Shown: one piece after another, positions 47,281 to 56,135 of the stretch
Layout: every line of letters starts with the position of its first letter
Numbering within the stretch: the stretch's first letter is position 1
Assembly (NCBI GenBank): GCA_045651525.1
Contig: JAZRSO010000004.1
Location: 17,127 to 81,126, forward strand
DNA length: 64,000 nt
Origin: Candidatus Enterousia sp.
GTDB taxonomy: Bacteria > Pseudomonadota > Alphaproteobacteria > Rs-D84
Reading direction: 5' to 3'
Translations under genes and position numbers: made by a program
The notes under the pieces: generated by a model
What the model saw: the letters and a program-made list of their open reading frames with translations, nothing else
What the model was told of the DNA's origin: nothing
The model's database searches: none

Positions 47281-49761
47281 ATGAAGTTATCTAATTTTTG
47301 TCGGTTTTCTGTGGGTTTGATGGCGTTTTTATGTGTGTCATCTGTGATGGCAGATCAGGCGCCAAATCCACGCAGTGCGGTGGCTGTTAATTCTGCGCCA
47401 CGCACAAATACCAAGGTTGTAACACGTGGCAACGGTGATAATGGTGTGGTTGTAAACCGTACTGGTGCTGGGGTTGCGCGTACTGGGCGTGCTGATACAG
47501 TGGTGCGTTCTGGTCATAAAAATACAGTTGCACGTTCTGCTGCGCCGGTCGTGACAACGAATCGTTCTGCGGATACAACGGCACGCAGTGCATCCAGGGC
47601 CAAGGTTTCACGCAGTGCAACAATACCGGGCAAGGTCAATGCCCGTGCGGCGACAAACGTACCGACAAAATCTGGAATGGCGCGTGCGGCCAGTTTGGCA
47701 CGTGCGACGGCTGTATTTAATGATGTTTCCAAGATTGGCGGTGGTTACGCCCAATGTCGTGATTCTTATGCAACATGTATGGATCAGTTTTGTGCAAATG
47801 CGAATGATACATATCGCCGCTGTTTTTGCAGTCAACGTTTTTCCGACTTCCGCGATACAGAGGCTGCATTAGAAGAAGTAAAGGTATTATTGCAACGATT
47901 CGAAGATAATAATTTGAACGCTGTTGATAAAACCGCGGCCGAGGTTAATGCCATGTACACCGCCACTGTGGGCGAAGCGGCAATTAAAAACGACGTCAGT
48001 GGCGCACAAAATACATTGAATGAGATTAGCGATTTGTTAAGTGGCAAGAAAAAACCAGGGCAACAGGAAAAAGAAAATCCAATGGATATGTCCTTTGGGT
48101 TTGATATCAATATGGATGACCTGTGGGGCAGTACTAATTCCATGTTTGACAGTGGAAATCAGCGCACTAACGTCGCAGATTTAGAGGGGCAATCCCTGTA
48201 TAACGAAGTAAACAAACAATGCTTGGAATTTGTTACAGACACATGTACAACAGATGCTGTTTTAAATATGGCGACCAGTTCTTACAACGTTATGATTGCC
48301 CAGGATTGTAATTTGTATGAAAAGAAAATCGACGCCCAACGCGAAACAGTAATGAATACTGTGCGTCAGGCAGAAAAGATTCTGCGTCAGGCCAGACTAG
48401 AAGAATATCGTGCGCATAATTCTGCAGATGTTAACGAATGTTTGGCCAAGGTTCGTGATGCGATGTTGCAAGATACAGCGTGTGGCGAAAATTATAAACG
48501 TTGCTTGGATTATACCGGTAATTATATCAATTCAACAACAGGCGAACCGATTTACAGTGCAAAATTATTTAAATTGACAGAATTGATTAATCTGTTTGGT
48601 AGCACTGGTACATCATCTGACATTGTTGGTATGAATCCACAATACAGCAAATGGTTGGACGACAGACGTATGTTTGCAACAACGGCGCTGGATTCGTGCC
48701 GCGATATTGCAGATACGGTATGGAATGAATTTAAACGTGCCGCCATTATTGAAATTAACCAAGCGCAAGAGGCAAAAATAGAAGAAGTAAAGGCGTCTTG
48801 TGTAGCGACAATGGGTGAATGTTATGATACACAATCTGGCGCATTGAAAAGTTTTGATAAAACAACGGCGCAAATGTCTGGGGCGTTGGCGGCACAAACA
48901 GCACGTGCAATGTGTGCGGAAAAGGTATCTGCCTGTGCCGCATTGTATGGCAACAATGGCGCCAATGAATGTAAGTTTGATGCTTATGGCAAATTGACCA
49001 CGCCGGAAAAATGTGGTTTGGAAAAATTGTTGGACTTTGTTGGTTTGGTTGATTCTGTCAAAATTGCCGAGGGGTGTGCAGATGCCATGACCAAATATAC
49101 CAAGGAATTATGTGCACCGGCATCTGGTGATGAAAATCATGAATATCCATGGGGTTGCCGTGCATTAACTCATCAGGATTTAGCGGATAATTTGGCACGT
49201 CAGGCGGGTATTTATTGCGTTAATATTGAAGAAGGTGCACAGGGGTTGGATTCAAAATTAAAGACAGACTTGTTGAATAATTTGAAAACTGTTGAAAATT
49301 TATCTAATACGATTTCAAACGAAATTAGTGTAATGTTGGACAATGAATGTACAGAAAAGGGTGGTATTTGGATGTCTGCATCAGCAAGTAGTTGTAAATA
49401 TGCAGATAGTGGCGATAAGGCAAATCCGGTTAAGGCAGAGTGTACAATAAATATCGAACAGGCAGCGTTGGCATATGATGGTGATGTCCTGCAGCAGTTT
49501 TATACGGAACTTACAGGTAAAAGTAATACCGAAACAAATGGTAAATATTCGTCAAACATAGAAGAATATGGACGTTGCTATGAAAATTCTGTAAAAACAC
49601 AATGCGAATGGCAGGATGAATCCACCGGTGGTAATGGTTATGCCAAATATGAGAACGGTAAATGTATATTTGCAACAGGATGGTATGAATATCAGTGTAA
49701 GCAAATTGGCGGTTATTATGTTGATAGTCAGTGTTATATTGATCCATCTAACTATAACTAG
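47281..49761 (+). CDS. Large secreted Cys-rich helical protein with Arg/Ala/Ser/Thr-rich N-terminal region
   Basis: Signal peptide; repeated xRSA motifs; CMDQFC, RCFCS; many Cys. Confidence 0.82.
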   Translation: MKLSNFCRFSVGLMAFLCVSSVMADQAPNPRSAVAVNSAPRTNTKVVTRGNGDNGVVVNRTGAGVARTGRADTVVRSGHKNTVARSAAPVVTTNRSADTTARSASRAKVSRSATIPGKVNARAATNVPTKSGMARAASLARATAVFNDVSKIGGGYAQCRDSYATCMDQFCANANDTYRRCFCSQRFSDFRDTEAALEEVKVLLQRFEDNNLNAVDKTAAEVNAMYTATVGEAAIKNDVSGAQNTLNEISDLLSGKKKPGQQEKENPMDMSFGFDINMDDLWGSTNSMFDSGNQRTNVADLEGQSLYNEVNKQCLEFVTDTCTTDAVLNMATSSYNVMIAQDCNLYEKKIDAQRETVMNTVRQAEKILRQARLEEYRAHNSADVNECLAKVRDAMLQDTACGENYKRCLDYTGNYINSTTGEPIYSAKLFKLTELINLFGSTGTSSDIVGMNPQYSKWLDDRRMFATTALDSCRDIADTVWNEFKRAAIIEINQAQEAKIEEVKASCVATMGECYDTQSGALKSFDKTTAQMSGALAAQTARAMCAEKVSACAALYGNNGANECKFDAYGKLTTPEKCGLEKLLDFVGLVDSVKIAEGCADAMTKYTKELCAPASGDENHEYPWGCRALTHQDLADNLARQAGIYCVNIEEGAQGLDSKLKTDLLNNLKTVENLSNTISNEISVMLDNECTEKGGIWMSASASSCKYADSGDKANPVKAECTINIEQAALAYDGDVLQQFYTELTGKSNTETNGKYSSNIEEYGRCYENSVKTQCEWQDESTGGNGYAKYENGKCIFATGWYEYQCKQIGGYYVDSQCYIDPSNYN

Positions 49762-49812
49762 ACATAGGAAACATTTATAAAACATAAAACTTAAATAAAA
49801 GAGAACATAATT

Positions 49813-51111
49813 ATGAGAAAAAGTGTTTGTTTTGCGGTATTAATGACTTTGTTGGGAACAAATAATTTGTTCGCTGCTCAGCGTTCCGATGGTGCAATTT
49901 TTCGTGATAAATGGAAAGTTGAAAGCTTTAATAATGAATGGACCTGTAAAGGTTGTATTACAGATACTGGAATTAATGTTAGAACAAGTAGTTATACGTA
50001 TTTTAATACCGATATGGGTAGTTATGGAAATTATGGTGCTGTTTACTATGTTGCACATGAAATGGTTGAAGGTGGTGCAAAGTTTTGTAAAACAATAATT
50101 GCGGCAGATCGTGGCAATTGCCATGGTAACCCATATACTACATATTATAAATCTGGTGACGATTGTTTTTGGTTATGTGAATCTGGTTATCATGGTGCGG
50201 GGTGTGCCAAGGTTAATGATGGCGCGGCTGATACATGTCAATCGTTTGAGCGGTTTGTAGAACATACACCCAAAACACATTTGAGTTCTTATACCCCTAG
50301 CACAGATATTGATACAACGATACCAATGTTTTATTATGGGGTATATAAATCCTGTTCGGGAAACAACATGTCATGTTTAAATTCAAGTAAGGGACAAGAG
50401 CATGATGTTGTGCTGGCAATTAGCGAAATAAAAAAGGACACATCAGATTCTTCTTTAGAAATTTATGCTCAACCTTTGGTGGTACGTGCTGGTGGGACTA
50501 GCCAATGTTTGTATGGTGGACAGTACCATGCGTGGCCGTTTTTTTTATGGGTATCAGACTCAGAATTATTATGTCCAGAGGGTTGGGTGCATAAAAATGG
50601 AAAATGTGTGGTAGATGACGCGTCTGAGGCATGTCATTTGGCGAATTTATGTGGTGGTTTTCCAAAGGAAAAATTCGACCCTAAAATATATTATACAAAA
50701 AAGTCTATTATCGATAACTGCTATGAATATCGTTGTAATAGTGGTACGGCATTTACATCCAAGGATGATTTGACGTGTACGCCATGTGCACCGGCCGATG
50801 CCGAAATTCCAGAATTGTATTATGTGCCTAATGATGGGCTATGCCATTCTTGTAACAAGGGAAAATGGCCTGTTGCACTAACACAAACTGTGGAAAATAA
50901 AGAAGTTCCTAGTGGTGAGTACGATTGTAAGGACGCAAAACCATTTACACATAATGAATTGCAATATGGACAAAAAACTGTTCCAGATACGGTTACAGTT
51001 AATCAATGTTGGACCAAGCAAAATCCTGATGATTTCTTTGGTTGTGTGACAGGCAAGTGTTCAAATGGTAAATCGTGGACAAAAGATGGCGATTGTGAGG
51101 GGGGGGAATAA
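49813..51111 (+). CDS. Secreted Cys-rich protein
   Basis: Signal peptide; CFWLC.SGY.G.GC and other EGF-like Cys spacing. Confidence 0.8.
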   Translation: MRKSVCFAVLMTLLGTNNLFAAQRSDGAIFRDKWKVESFNNEWTCKGCITDTGINVRTSSYTYFNTDMGSYGNYGAVYYVAHEMVEGGAKFCKTIIAADRGNCHGNPYTTYYKSGDDCFWLCESGYHGAGCAKVNDGAADTCQSFERFVEHTPKTHLSSYTPSTDIDTTIPMFYYGVYKSCSGNNMSCLNSSKGQEHDVVLAISEIKKDTSDSSLEIYAQPLVVRAGGTSQCLYGGQYHAWPFFLWVSDSELLCPEGWVHKNGKCVVDDASEACHLANLCGGFPKEKFDPKIYYTKKSIIDNCYEYRCNSGTAFTSKDDLTCTPCAPADAEIPELYYVPNDGLCHSCNKGKWPVALTQTVENKEVPSGEYDCKDAKPFTHNELQYGQKTVPDTVTVNQCWTKQNPDDFFGCVTGKCSNGKSWTKDGDCEGGE

Positions 51112-51202
51112 TACCTAAATACCAATATTTGGGCAATGCTCAGGTTGCTACAAAATAATACTCTGATTGCCACTTTAAACAGTATGTATGTGGAACAAAA
51201 AT

Positions 51203-51229
51203 AAAAATCCCCGTTTTGGGGATTTTTTT
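51203..51229 (+). terminator. Intrinsic terminator
   Basis: AAAAATCCCC-GTTTT-GGGGATTTTTTT. Confidence 0.8.
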
Positions 51230-51247
51230 ACGCCCCCTTTATCACTC

Positions 51248-52007
51248 TTACCGTCATACCTGCCTTTACCGTCATACCGGCGCAGGCCGGTATCCATTGC
51301 GTTCGTATTTCTTTGGCTTTGGTGGAATGCAGTGGACCCCGACCTGCGTCGGGGTGACGCCAGAATAAACCCTTTGTCACGCCTGCGCGGGAATGACAAA
51401 AGAGAACAAACCCACCCCGTCCGCTTCGCGGGCACCCCCCCCCGCAGGGGGCGGAACGCCCCGGCGACGGAGGGGAACTTACCACCGGTTTTAAGTTCTC
51501 CTCCCTGGGAGGAGTACGGCGCAGCCGGGAGGTGGGTTGCCCCTGCCCCCGTGTGGGGCGAGGAATAAATACCCCCCCCGTGGTGCCTGATGCACACCAC
51601 CCCTCCGTAGGAGGGGAATTTTACTCCCTGCCCCTTTTTTGTCACGCCTATCGTAGGCAGGAGTGGGACTATACAGTGTGAAAAAAAATTCGTCATACCG
51701 GCGTAGGCCGGTATCCATTGCGTTCGTATTTCTTTGGTTTTGGTGGAATACAGTGGGGACCGACCTGCGGGGGGGTGGCGGGGTAGTTGGATTTTTGTCA
51801 CGCCTGCGGGGGAATGACAAAAGAGAACAAACCCACCCCGTCCGCTTCGCGGCCACCCCTCCCCGCAGGGGGCGGAACGCCCCGGCGACGGAGGGGAACT
51901 TACCACCGGTTTTAAGTTCTCCTCCCTGGGAGGAGTACGGCGCAGCCGGGAGGTGGGTTGCCCCTGCCCCCTTTTTTTGTCATGCCTATCGTAGGCAGGG
52001 GTGGGGA
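51248..52007. repeat. GC-rich mosaic of palindromic REP-like units, tandemly duplicated (period 421 bp)
   Basis: CGTCATACCGGCGCAGGCCGGTATCCA (51270-51296) with inverted partner 51333-51359; block 51270-51550 recurs at 51691-51971. Confidence 0.9.
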
Positions 52008-52074
52008 AAAGGTGCAAAGAAAGAATAAAAAAATATATTGGAATTGTGTTTGTTTGCTGTTATTATGCCAATGC

Positions 52075-53247
52075 ATGAAAAAGAATTTAATCGCAATATT
52101 ACTGAGTGTTATTACAACTGTGGCAAATGCAGGGTTTCAAACACGTGCAAAATCAGCCTTTTTAATAGATTATGATTCCGGTGTGGAAATCGTCGCAAAA
52201 AATGCCGATGTGTTAATGCCACCCTCTTCTATGATAAAACTGATGACGTTGGCAGTATTGTTCGATGAAATTAAAAATGGTAATTTGACGTTGGATTCTG
52301 TGCTGACTGTCGGGAAAAATGCAGACTATAACCGCCCAGAATGGTATCCGGCCAGTAAAATCTGTCTGGTCGCCGGTCAGACAATTACTGTGCGTGATTT
52401 AATACTGGGAATTATTGTGCTGTCTGGTGGTGATGCGTCTGTTGTCGTTGCAGAACATATTGCGGGGTCTGAAAATGCATTTACCGGTAAAATGACAGAA
52501 TTGGCGCGCGATATCGGTATGAATCAGTCAACATTCGGTAATGCCAGTGGTCTGCCCGATCCAAACAATCTGATGACCAGTCGTGAACTGGCAATGTTGG
52601 CAAATCATCTGATTTCTGAACATTCTGAATTATATTCAATGTTTGGTACAAAACGTTTTGAATATGATGGTCATCAATCAGACTGGTGCCGTGAATGGGG
52701 GCGTACACATACACTGAATTACAACAAACTGTTGTTCAATATGCGTGGCGCAGATGGTTTGAAAACTGGACATACGGCCGACGGTGGTTATGGTATGGTT
52801 GCCAGCGCCAAGGTTGGTGGTCGTCGCCTGGTTGGTGTTATAAATGGCTTTAACGGCAAGGGGCATGATGCCTTGGCGACCGAAATGAAAAAATTGATGG
52901 AATATGGGTATCAAAATACAGTTGGCAAAGTGTTCTTTGACGCAAATGAAAAAATTACAGAAATTCCTGTTTGGTATGGTGTAAAGCCGACTGTTGTTGC
53001 AACTGTGGCAAAGCCTTTTGCTGTAACAGTTGATAAAAAAGATGGTTTAAAAAATATTCGCGTGTTGGCACGCTATGACGAACCGATTGCGGCACCTGTG
53101 CGTGTGGGCGATGTTGTTGGCGAACTGATTGTAGAACAAAATGGTCGTGTTATTGCGCGCGCACCAATGATTGCGCAAAACAAGGTTCGTAAAACAATAC
53201 TGTTCGGACGCGTGTTTAAAAATATCAAAGTATTATTGGGATTGTAA
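52075..53247 (+). CDS. dacA: D-alanyl-D-alanine carboxypeptidase (PBP5/6, S11)
   Basis: SMIK (SxxK), SGGDA, KTGHT; signal peptide from MKKN. Confidence 0.9.
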   Translation: MKKNLIAILLSVITTVANAGFQTRAKSAFLIDYDSGVEIVAKNADVLMPPSSMIKLMTLAVLFDEIKNGNLTLDSVLTVGKNADYNRPEWYPASKICLVAGQTITVRDLILGIIVLSGGDASVVVAEHIAGSENAFTGKMTELARDIGMNQSTFGNASGLPDPNNLMTSRELAMLANHLISEHSELYSMFGTKRFEYDGHQSDWCREWGRTHTLNYNKLLFNMRGADGLKTGHTADGGYGMVASAKVGGRRLVGVINGFNGKGHDALATEMKKLMEYGYQNTVGKVFFDANEKITEIPVWYGVKPTVVATVAKPFAVTVDKKDGLKNIRVLARYDEPIAAPVRVGDVVGELIVEQNGRVIARAPMIAQNKVRKTILFGRVFKNIKVLLGL

Positions 53248-53249
53248 AT

Positions 53250-54155
53250 ATGGCACCACGTAAAAAAGCGACTTCTTCGTATAACTTTCCGCATCCGATG
53301 GATAATGATTATCTGGTCGGACATACGGAAACATTAAACAACTTTTTAAATGCGTGGAATAACAGGGATAATCATCCAATACACCCTGTGTGGATGCTGA
53401 CTGGGCCAAATGGTATCGGCAAGGCAACGTTGGCATATAAAATCGCCAAGATGGTTTATGGAAATGTCGGGGACTTTTTCATAATTGACCAAGATAGAAA
53501 TCTTGATAAAGACGGCAAACTAAAACCAGATGGCAAGGTTATATCGGTCTATACCGTGCGTGCGATGATTGAAAAAATGCAGATGTCGTCTATGTCCGGC
53601 GATTGGCGTGTGGTGTTGATTGATTCTGTGGATCAATTAAACACCGCTGCATCAAACGCAATCCTGAAATTGTTGGAAGAGCCACCTGCAAAAACATTGT
53701 TCTTGTTGGTTGTACATCAATTGGCAAATGTTTTGCCAACTGTGCGTTCGCGTGCACGCGTTGAAAAAATGCGTCCGCTGACCATATCGCAACTGCGTGA
53801 GTTGTGTGTAAAGTTCTTGCCCGAAGAAGACGTAAGTACAGAAACATTAAAACTGGCAAACGGCAGTTTTGGTAAAATCGCAAGTCTGAAACAAACTGGT
53901 GGCGATGAAATATATGCCGATTTAATTGGTGTCTTGGAAAATCCGCGCGCAAACAGTGGCGATATTATGGCTATCGCAAAGAAAATAGCCGCAGACGCCG
54001 CACTGCATGGAATCTTGCTGGATGCAATCGCGCGATTTGGTTTGGCTGAATTGTATCCACTGGCGACAAAGACGATAAATGATATGAAAACTGTCTATTT
54101 GGAACCTGAAACAGGTATATTCAAAATCATTATGGAAATTAAAAAATGTTTATAG
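53250..54155 (+). CDS. holB: DNA polymerase III delta' subunit
   Basis: GPNGIGKAT, NAILKLLEEPP, LPTVRSR; dacA-holB-tatD context. Confidence 0.9.
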   Translation: MAPRKKATSSYNFPHPMDNDYLVGHTETLNNFLNAWNNRDNHPIHPVWMLTGPNGIGKATLAYKIAKMVYGNVGDFFIIDQDRNLDKDGKLKPDGKVISVYTVRAMIEKMQMSSMSGDWRVVLIDSVDQLNTAASNAILKLLEEPPAKTLFLLVVHQLANVLPTVRSRARVEKMRPLTISQLRELCVKFLPEEDVSTETLKLANGSFGKIASLKQTGGDEIYADLIGVLENPRANSGDIMAIAKKIAADAALHGILLDAIARFGLAELYPLATKTINDMKTVYLEPETGIFKIIMEIKKCL

Positions 54156-54898
54156 ATACACATTGTCATTTGACTGATAAATATACAGATGGTTTAGATG
54201 CTGTAATTCAAAATGCACATGATGCAAATGTCGGTCTTATGATTTGCCCAACTGCAGACCCAAATGATATAGACAGTGCGCTTAGAATCGCAAATACATA
54301 TAATAATATTTTTTGCACGATTGGAATTCATCCTGAATACTGTAATGCAAATGCCGTTGATTTTCTGACAGATGATGTGTTGCGCAATCCGCGCGTTGTT
54401 GGTATTGGTGAAATCGGGTTAGACTATCATTACAGCCCAGAAACCAGAAATGCGCAAATCAAACTGTTTGAACAACAGTTGGAAATTGCAAAAAAATATG
54501 ACTTGCCCGTGGCGATTCATACGCGTGACGCCGAAGAAGATACTGCTGCGATTTTAAATGGTGATGTGCGTGGTGTTATGCACTGTTATACCAGTTCATG
54601 GGATTTGGCAAAAAAAATGCTGGATCGTGGATTTTTCTTTTCTGCCAGTGGGATTTTAACCTTCAAAAATTCTGATGAAGTGCGTGAAACTTTTGCAAAA
54701 ATTCCACTGGATAAAATTGTTATTGAAACAGATGCGCCATATTGTGCGCCTGTGCCACATCGGGGTAAAATTTGCGAACCGTGTATGGTTGTTGAAACAG
54801 CACGTGTATTGGCACAGATAAAAAATGTAGATTTAAATGACTTGGAAAAAGTCTTGATGGAAAATGTGAAAAGACTGTATCCGAAAATTCAATTTTAA
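54146..54898 (+). CDS. tatD: TatD-family DNase
   Basis: DTHCH, GIHP, GEIGLDY, IHTR, MHCY, ETDAPY. Confidence 0.93.
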   Translation: MFIDTHCHLTDKYTDGLDAVIQNAHDANVGLMICPTADPNDIDSALRIANTYNNIFCTIGIHPEYCNANAVDFLTDDVLRNPRVVGIGEIGLDYHYSPETRNAQIKLFEQQLEIAKKYDLPVAIHTRDAEEDTAAILNGDVRGVMHCYTSSWDLAKKMLDRGFFFSASGILTFKNSDEVRETFAKIPLDKIVIETDAPYCAPVPHRGKICEPCMVVETARVLAQIKNVDLNDLEKVLMENVKRLYPKIQF

Positions 54899-54919
54899 AA
54901 CCCGCATTTCGCGGGTTTT
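54897..54919. terminator. Bidirectional intrinsic terminator
   Basis: AAAACCCGC-ATTTC-GCGGGTTTT. Confidence 0.75.
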
Positions 54920-54920
54920 G

Positions 54921-55376
54921 TTATTTATGATTTTCCATTAAAGAATCCAATATTGTTTGTGTTAATACGGGTGTGTCGTAATCAAATTTAAACACATTAC
55001 CCAATTGTTGGATTCTTGTTTTATTCTTTGTATTGCGTAACGAAACATATACACTGTCGCAATAATTTTTATCGTGATATGTGTATGTGTCAAAACCCAA
55101 ATCAATCAACAGTTTTTTTACATAATTGCGTACATATGTTATTTTTGAATATGATTTATCGCGTAAAATATTTCTGCGAATTTTTGGTTTAAATGTTATT
55201 GTGTCTTTTGTAAAAACAATGTGACATATTGCATTAAGTTCGTCGATTATCTTTTTGTTTTTCCCGAATTTATTTGCAATTGCATAAATAAAACAAGGGT
55301 TGTTTAGTTTGCTTTTTGTGTGCAAATAATTGAATAATGAGTAATATACCATCTCATCAATATTATACTTTGACAT
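54921..55376 (-). CDS. Hypothetical basic protein
   Basis: 151 aa, AAAGGA RBS, AT-rich. Confidence 0.7.
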   Translation of the reverse strand: MSKYNIDEMVYYSLFNYLHTKSKLNNPCFIYAIANKFGKNKKIIDELNAICHIVFTKDTITFKPKIRRNILRDKSYSKITYVRNYVKKLLIDLGFDTYTYHDKNYCDSVYVSLRNTKNKTRIQQLGNVFKFDYDTPVLTQTILDSLMENHK

Positions 55377-55462
55377 TTAAATCCTTTTTTATACCTGTTG
55401 GCACAATAGCATATTCTATAATATTTGCAATTTATTTTTAAGTGTGTAAAATAGAACCCGTT

Positions 55463-55930
55463 ATGGCAAGAAGTATTATAAAATTTGGTCAGGTGTCCGA
55501 AAACCGCAAGGCACGATTTAATTACTCTATTGAAGATACAATAGAGGCTGGTATATCATTGACTGGTGCAGAAATTAAATCTATACGTTATGGTTTGGTT
55601 ACGATTGTTGATGGTTTTGTTCAGCGTCGTGGTGATAACCTGTTCTTGGCCGGTGTTGAAATTCAGAAATTACCAACTGCGGCACGTATCGTGAACTTTG
55701 ATGAACGTCGCAGTCGCCAGCTGTTGTTGCATCGCAGTCAGATAAACAGACTGATTGGAAAACTGCAAGAAAAAGGCGCAACAATTGTGCCGTTGAAAAT
55801 GTATTTTAACAATCGTGGTAAGTTAAAGGTTTTGTTGGGGGTCGGTTATGGTAAAAACAAAATCGATAAACGCGAAACAATAAAACAACGCGAATGGAAC
55901 AAGAACAAGGCTCGTATTTTAAAGGGCTGA
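55463..55930 (+). CDS. smpB: SsrA-binding protein
   Basis: NRKARFNY, EAGISLTGAEIKS, LLLH, DKRETIK. Confidence 0.95.
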   Translation: MARSIIKFGQVSENRKARFNYSIEDTIEAGISLTGAEIKSIRYGLVTIVDGFVQRRGDNLFLAGVEIQKLPTAARIVNFDERRSRQLLLHRSQINRLIGKLQEKGATIVPLKMYFNNRGKLKVLLGVGYGKNKIDKRETIKQREWNKNKARILKG

Positions 55931-56037
55931 TAATCTAAAACCCTTGATTTTAGGGAATTTAATACTATATTGTCATTACAGAACAAATTTCCCTCTTTGT
56001 ATTTTAATGATTTTTTGATACTATGGGAATATCGGGT

Positions 56038-56106
56038 GCATGGTCACAGATTCACTACGGATAAAGAAATTGTTTTCTTTATTGGCAATGAATTTGGTGA
56101 CTGTGC
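56038..56106 (+). promoter_or_regulatory. Long hairpin in the rnj 5' leader
   Basis: GCATGGTCAC/GTGACTGTGC, AGATTCA/TGAATTT, GATAAAGAAA/TTTCTTTATT; promoter TTGTAT-N16-TACTAT at 55997-56024. Confidence 0.65.
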
Positions 56107-56135
56107 GAAATACTAACTTAAACAAAGGATTATAA

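Noticed and set aside
51175-52028. ORFs 51175-52017, 51188-51568, 51228-51485, 51491-51856, 51663-52028
   Set aside because: Translations of GC-rich palindromic repeats (WIPAYAGMT-type peptides), open in several frames on both strands; typical spurious ORFs.
55931-56135. tmRNA or SRP RNA next to smpB
   Set aside because: No tRNA-like ends and no SRP GGAA-loop consensus; only the rnj leader hairpin is present.
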